In this document: positions 21,523-24,961 of the stretch, in pieces
How the letters are laid out: each line of letters starts with the position of its first letter
How positions within the stretch are numbered: position 1 is the stretch's first letter
Assembly (NCBI GenBank): GCA_002269645.1
Contig: NIVC01005142.1
Span: forward strand, 1-24,961
Length of the DNA: 24,961 bases
Direction: 5' to 3'
DNA from: Macrostomum lignano
Taxonomy: Eukaryota
Translations under genes and position numbers: made by a program
The notes under the pieces: model-generated
What the model was told of the DNA's origin: nothing
Database searches by the model: none
The model's input: only the letters and a program-made list of their open reading frames with translations

Positions 21523-22545
21523 CAGAGAGCACCAAACATCAAAGCAGAAAGCAAAACGATAACGCGATGTGAACACGTGGGATTCTCGGCAGTAGAAGTA
21601 GAACAGAAGAAAGAATTGGTACCTGTAGCTCCAGCATTGAACTTTATATTAATTACTGATGTCAGCGCTGATCGTGGATCGAGACAGTCGGCCGGACAGA
21701 CGGACAGAAAAAAAATCGCCCCCCCCTCGACTGACAAAATCAACTGAAGAGAAAAAATTTCCGGAGACAAAACACAATGGCGGAGACCAGAAGGAGAAGG
21801 AAGAAAATTTCAATCAGGTTCAGGAGATTTTTCTGCAACTTTTTGTGTGTCTGCTTTTAATGACAAGCCTTTTAGAAAAGTACAAACACTATAAATTAGC
21901 TTTAGTGCTGATGGCGGGCAGCCGCGGACAGACAACGGTATACCAATACAGAGACAGAGCAACAACAGCAAAGCAAAGCCAAAAAAGAAGAAAAAATTCT
22001 CTGTTTTAAGAAACCACTCAATCCCAAACGGGGGTTCGAACTGCCGGACCCAGTTATTTACAGGGGACAGGCGAGGGGGGGGTCAAGGGGTTGCTGAAGG
22101 ATCACCGCCCTGAAGCAAGAAGCAAAAAAAAACAAAACACAAAACAAACAGACAGAGCGGAGGGCCCGAAGTCACTGCCATCACAGAAACGGACTCCGGA
22201 TTGAAGAAGCCGTCACAGAAGCAGTCGAATAATTTTGTTCAACCCTGTAATCGCGGCGAGGCGGCGAGATCAAAACAAACGAAAAAAAGAGCGTTGGAAG
22301 GTTAAAAAGTAAACCGCCTGGCGAGCGAGGTGCAATTTCTGGCAGCTAAGAAAAAAACGCTGACAAGCCAAAAAAAGAAGTTTTTGGTAAAGTAAAAAGA
22401 GACTTGTGTGTGGCGGGCCGACTACGGAGCCAGAGCGGGACAGTCGCGAAGCTGGGGTCAGACAGGTAGCTCGGTGGTAATACAAAAACACAAAGCCTGA
22501 GGCGATCGAAGACGGCCAAGAAAATAAAAATCAGTAAAAGGACTA

Positions 22546-22559
22546 GAAGAGAGAGAGAG

Positions 22560-22601
<42 letters not shown>

Positions 22602-22627
22602 AGAGAGAGAGAGAGAGAGGAGGGAGA
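22546..22627. repeat. (GA)n microsatellite, imperfect
   Basis: Seen directly in the sequence. Confidence 0.9.
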
Positions 22628-22724
22628 AAAGGTGGGACCAGGGGAACAAGGGGCGGAATGAGAGATGGGGGACGTCGAACTGACTCGGGATCTCTCTGGG
22701 TTTTTTGTTCAGTTCAGCTTGCGA

Positions 22725-22729
<5 letters not shown>

Positions 22730-22785
<56 letters not shown>
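22730..22785. repeat. (GACA)14 microsatellite
   Basis: Seen directly in the sequence. Confidence 0.92.
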
Positions 22786-22851
22786 CACAGGTGCAAGCAG
22801 GACACCTTGAACTGGCCGCAATGTCAGAGGTCTAGGCGCAGCGGACACCTA

Positions 22852-23137
22852 TCACTGCTGATCAACGGCCAGACCCAGGTGCTGATAGGCGGCCGACGGA
22901 TCGATGCTGGCGTAATAAAACTGCGGCGGCGGCTGCGGAGCCTCGCCGTACATTTGGGGTGGTGGCGGCGGAGGCGGCTGCTGCTGTGGCTGCTGCTGCT
23001 GCTGCTGCTGCGGGTTCTGCAGCATCTGCGGGTGACCGGCGCCAGCGAACAGCGCGTAGGCGGACGACGGGTCGTAGCTGATCCAAGAGCCGCGCTGCAG
23101 TGGCGGTGGAGGGGCGGCAGCGGGACTTCTCGGATTG
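22852..23137 (-). CDS. RBMS/Shep-like RRM gene, probable last exon (Gln/Pro/Tyr-rich tail)
   Basis: Acceptor TTTTCGACTAG|; GSWISYDPSSAYALF...QQQQQQQPQQQPPPPP...PQMYGEAPQPPPQFYYASIDPSAAYQHLGLAVDQQ*, which requires frameshift correction. Confidence 0.55.
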
Positions 23138-23158
23138 CTAGTCGAAAAACAGTGACTG

Positions 23159-23535
23159 TACTCAGCTGCCCGACTCAGCTACATGTACTCAACTCAGCTG
23201 CCCGACTCAGCTACATGTACTTAACTCAGCTGCCCGACTCAGCTACATGTACTCAACTCAGCTGCCCGACTCAGCTACATGTACTCAACTCAGCTGCCCA
23301 TCTCAGCTACATTTACTCAACTCAGCTGCCCGACTCAGCTACATGTACTCAACTCAGCTGCCCGACTCAGCTACATGTACTCAACTCAGCTGCCCATCTC
23401 AGCTACATGTACTCAACTCAGCTGCCATCTCAGCTACATTACTCAAGTCAGCTGCCCGACTCAGCTACATGTACTCAACTCAGCTGCCATCTCAGCTACA
23501 TGTACTCAACTCAGCTGCCCAACTTAGCTCAGCTG
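23159..23535. repeat. Intronic minisatellite, 32-bp unit ACTCAGCTGCCCGACTCAGCTACATGTACTCA
   Basis: Period of 32 (CTCAGCTG at 23161, 23193 and onward); lies inside intron 23138-23540 of the minus-strand gene. Confidence 0.92.
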
Positions 23536-23540
23536 CTCAC

Positions 23541-24227
23541 CTGGAACATGGAAGCAGTTGGAGCGGTGGCCGCCGTCATCTGCTGCGGCTGCGGGGCGGC
23601 CGCGTACATGTAGGCGGCGGACTGGGCGCGGCAGCGCCCGCCTGAGGCCGGCTGTAAGCGGCAGCCGCCGCGGCCGCCGCAGCCAACGAGGAGGCGGTCG
23701 GGGCAACGGCCGGCATGGCGGACACAGGCACCTGGTGATGATGAGGCTGGTGATGGCTGTAGATGGAGCCGGCCTGCAGCAGCTGGGCGCCAGGCGGATA
23801 GGCCAGCCCGGCCGGCCGCCGGCGCCGCCCTGGCCGGGTAGCCGGCGGCTGCGGCAGCGGCTGCAGCGGCGGCGGCGGCTGCCGGGGTGCCCGGCTGCAG
23901 GAGGCCCAGCGGCAGCTGCCCAGCTCCCACGAGGCCACCGCCGGCGGCGGCAGCGGCTGCGGCAGCGGCTGCAGCAGCGGCAGCGGCAGCTGACGCACTG
24001 GTCGGCGTAGCCACGGCGCCGCCGCCTCCGACGCCGTGCTGCATGGAGTGGCCGTGCGGGCCGAGGCTTCCCGCAGTGGATGCGGCGGCGGCAGCGGCGG
24101 CGGCCCGCTGCTTCTTGCGCTGATTGGTCTTGTCGGCCAGCTTGGCCTCGAGCGGTCGAGGGCAGCCGTACTTTTGGCCTAGGCTGGCGCCGTGCTTGTT
24201 GATGAAGGCGATGGCGGTGAGGGCGTC
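23541..24227 (-). CDS. RBMS/Shep-like RRM gene, exon with the end of the RRM and a poly-Ala/Pro/His low-complexity region
   Basis: Acceptor CCCCGCAG|; DALTAIAFINKHG...PRPLEAKLADKTNQRKKQRAAAA (compare the PLLVKFADG..KK motif of RBMS/Shep); donor CAG|GTGAGC. Contains internal frameshifts. Confidence 0.65.
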
Positions 24228-24321
24228 CTGCGGGGATGCAGTGTGGGCGGACTCAACTCAGGATTGGGTCAGGTATGAATAGGTCAAGCAGTTGCTGTTG
24301 CAGCAGCACCGAGTCTCTCAC

Positions 24322-24623
24322 CTGCTCCTTCTCGAACCGGATGAAGCCGGCCCCCGGTGGCGCTGGTCTGCTGCCTGGTGCCCGGGTCGGTGGCCCGCAT
24401 CACCCCGGCAGGACACGATCGGCCAGTGATGGCCTTGGTGAGGTCCTCGGCCAGCTTGTGGCTCATCCAGTCCTCGTTGCACTCGCGGCCGGGTCGGCAG
24501 TTTTTATATAGATGTTAGTCGGGTCCTTCTCGGAGTCCTCGGGCGCGCGGGTCCGGATGTGCGGAAAAGGACGGGCGCGGGGCTGGGAGCGGCTTGCTGG
24601 ATGCGCGACTGCGCGGCCAGTAT
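24322..24623 (-). CDS. RBMS/Shep-like RRM gene, exon with RNP2/RNP1 of an RRM; upstream exons lie outside the window
   Basis: EDSEKDPTNIYIK(N)LP...IVSCRVMR...GAGFIRFEKEQ resembles RBMS/Shep RRM2 (EQDPTNLYI.NLP...STRILRD...GVGFARME); donor CAG|GTGAGA. About three single-base frameshifts must be corrected. Confidence 0.65.
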
Positions 24624-24764
24624 CTGATAGGAGCTCTCAAACTCTCAGAGTGCATTCTAAGCATATATATATGATAACTCCTGCACCGGCATCGGGCACA
24701 GAATGAGTAACGTTTGTAAGAGGTGGACAGACCTAAGTAATGGAGACGCAGGGATGTCACAGAT

Positions 24765-24961
24765 ACCAGGGATCCCAGGTATCCCAGGGATATAGGGCAA
24801 GCCAGGCTATGCCAGGTGTGCCAGGTATGCCAGGTGTGCCAGGGATGCCAGGTATGCCAGGGATGCCAGGTATGCCAGGGATGCCAGGTATGCCAAGGGA
24901 TGCCAGAGATATACTATAGGGCAAGCTAGATGTTGCCAGGTATGCCAGGTGTGCCAGGGAT
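24765..24961. repeat. Intronic minisatellite, 9-bp unit GCCAGG(T/G)(A/G)T
   Basis: GCCAGGTAT, GCCAGGGAT and GCCAGGTGT repeat to the window end. Confidence 0.88.

Noticed and set aside
22030-22045. GGTTCGAA tRNA/SINE B-box-like word
   Set aside because: Incomplete B-box consensus, no A-box and no cloverleaf.
21519-22805. Several 73-116-aa ORFs
   Set aside because: Low-complexity A-rich and microsatellite sequence consistent with a 3' UTR.
22705-23645. 302-aa and other plus-strand ORFs (TQLSCPTQLHVLNS repeats)
   Set aside because: Read-through of a microsatellite, the antisense of real exons and the 32-bp intronic repeat.

Overview
Eukaryotic (animal) genomic DNA with spliceosomal introns. 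The style (TACATGTA and CCAATCAG words, GC-rich poly-Ala exons, minisatellite-filled introns) tentatively suggests a free-living flatworm such as Macrostomum; this is inference only. From 5' to 3': (1) a CpG-decayed copy of an interspersed repeat. (2) A 2755-bp non-autonomous Mutator-like element (864-3618) with a 9-bp TSD and long compound TIRs. It carries three in-frame exons encoding a Ulp1/SENP-type cysteine protease fused to a PHD finger, which the ORF track misses. (3) An apparently intronless, frameshifted RING/B-box/coiled-coil/Pro-Ala-linker/beta-propeller (TRIM-like) gene. (4) A full-length PIF/Harbinger transposon (7962-10927, TCA TSD) with an intact DDE transposase and a divergently oriented, frameshifted Myb/SANT gene. 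(5) A divergent four-exon 14-3-3 gene whose second intron is almost entirely a ~7.2-kb array of a 31-bp repeat. (6) A CCAAT-box minisatellite. (7) The 3' exons of a convergent RBMS/Shep-like RRM gene on the minus strand. Several one-base frameshifts, including some in the conserved RRM, suggest uncorrected long-read indel errors.
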